A stretch of DNA of 12,445 nt from a virus. The notes below the pieces were generated by a model. It searched no databases and was not told the DNA's origin. It saw only the letters and a program-made list of their open reading frames with translations. Both the position numbers and the translations under genes were made by a program. The first letter of the stretch is position 1. Each line of letters starts with the position of its first letter. The stretch covers positions 1 to 12,445 of IMG/VR virus record IMGVR_UViG_3300045988_104734; one strand, given 5' to 3'. Below, one piece after another: positions 12,369 to 12,445 of the stretch.

Positions 12369-12445
12369 AACCGCCTCCCTTTTTGTGCAATGTGTACAAT
12401 ATGCACAAAGGGGAGGCTTCCTATTTGTGCAAAGTGTACAGAGTG
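12369..12445. repeat. Right terminal inverted repeat (perfect 77 bp)
   Basis: It is the exact reverse complement of 1-77. Confidence 0.97.

Noticed and set aside
1-12445. A transposon/IS, casposon, pipolin or linear plasmid interpretation of inverted termini plus PolB.
   Set aside because: There is no transposase, Cas1 or integrase. The element carries a complete capsid, portal, tail and lysis gene set, so a virion-forming phage is the economical reading.

Overview
The window is bounded by a perfect 77-bp terminal inverted repeat (1-77 is the reverse complement of 12369-12445). It reads as a complete 12,445-bp linear dsDNA genome of a small phi29-like, protein-primed podophage. All convincing genes lie on the minus strand, so the biological order runs right to left. 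It starts with a palindrome-rich early promoter/operator region and 3-4 small ORFans. Next come a terminal-protein candidate, a protein-primed family-B DNA polymerase, a 120-aa protein and an intrinsic terminator. The late region follows: gp16-like packaging ATPase, a 158-nt structured spacer, a holin, a (PAA)n-repeat putative scaffold and a gp8-like major capsid protein. After a second terminator come a gp9-like tail knob, a tail lysozyme, a gp10-like portal, a gp11-like lower collar, a GH25/CW_7 endolysin and a short tail fibre that ends directly against the left ITR. Family assignments rest on motifs read in the ORF translations and on remembered phi29 protein sequences; no searches were run. 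The lysis genes (holin_4-type holin, GH25 plus a CW_7 repeat) suggest a Gram-positive, probably clostridial, host. The points most worth follow-up are the very small, strictly unidirectional genome, the repeat-laden ITRs with a degenerate TTGYRCAA motif array, a long structured non-coding element next to the packaging ATPase, the 9-bp tandem repeat inside the scaffold gene, and the ORFan early block.
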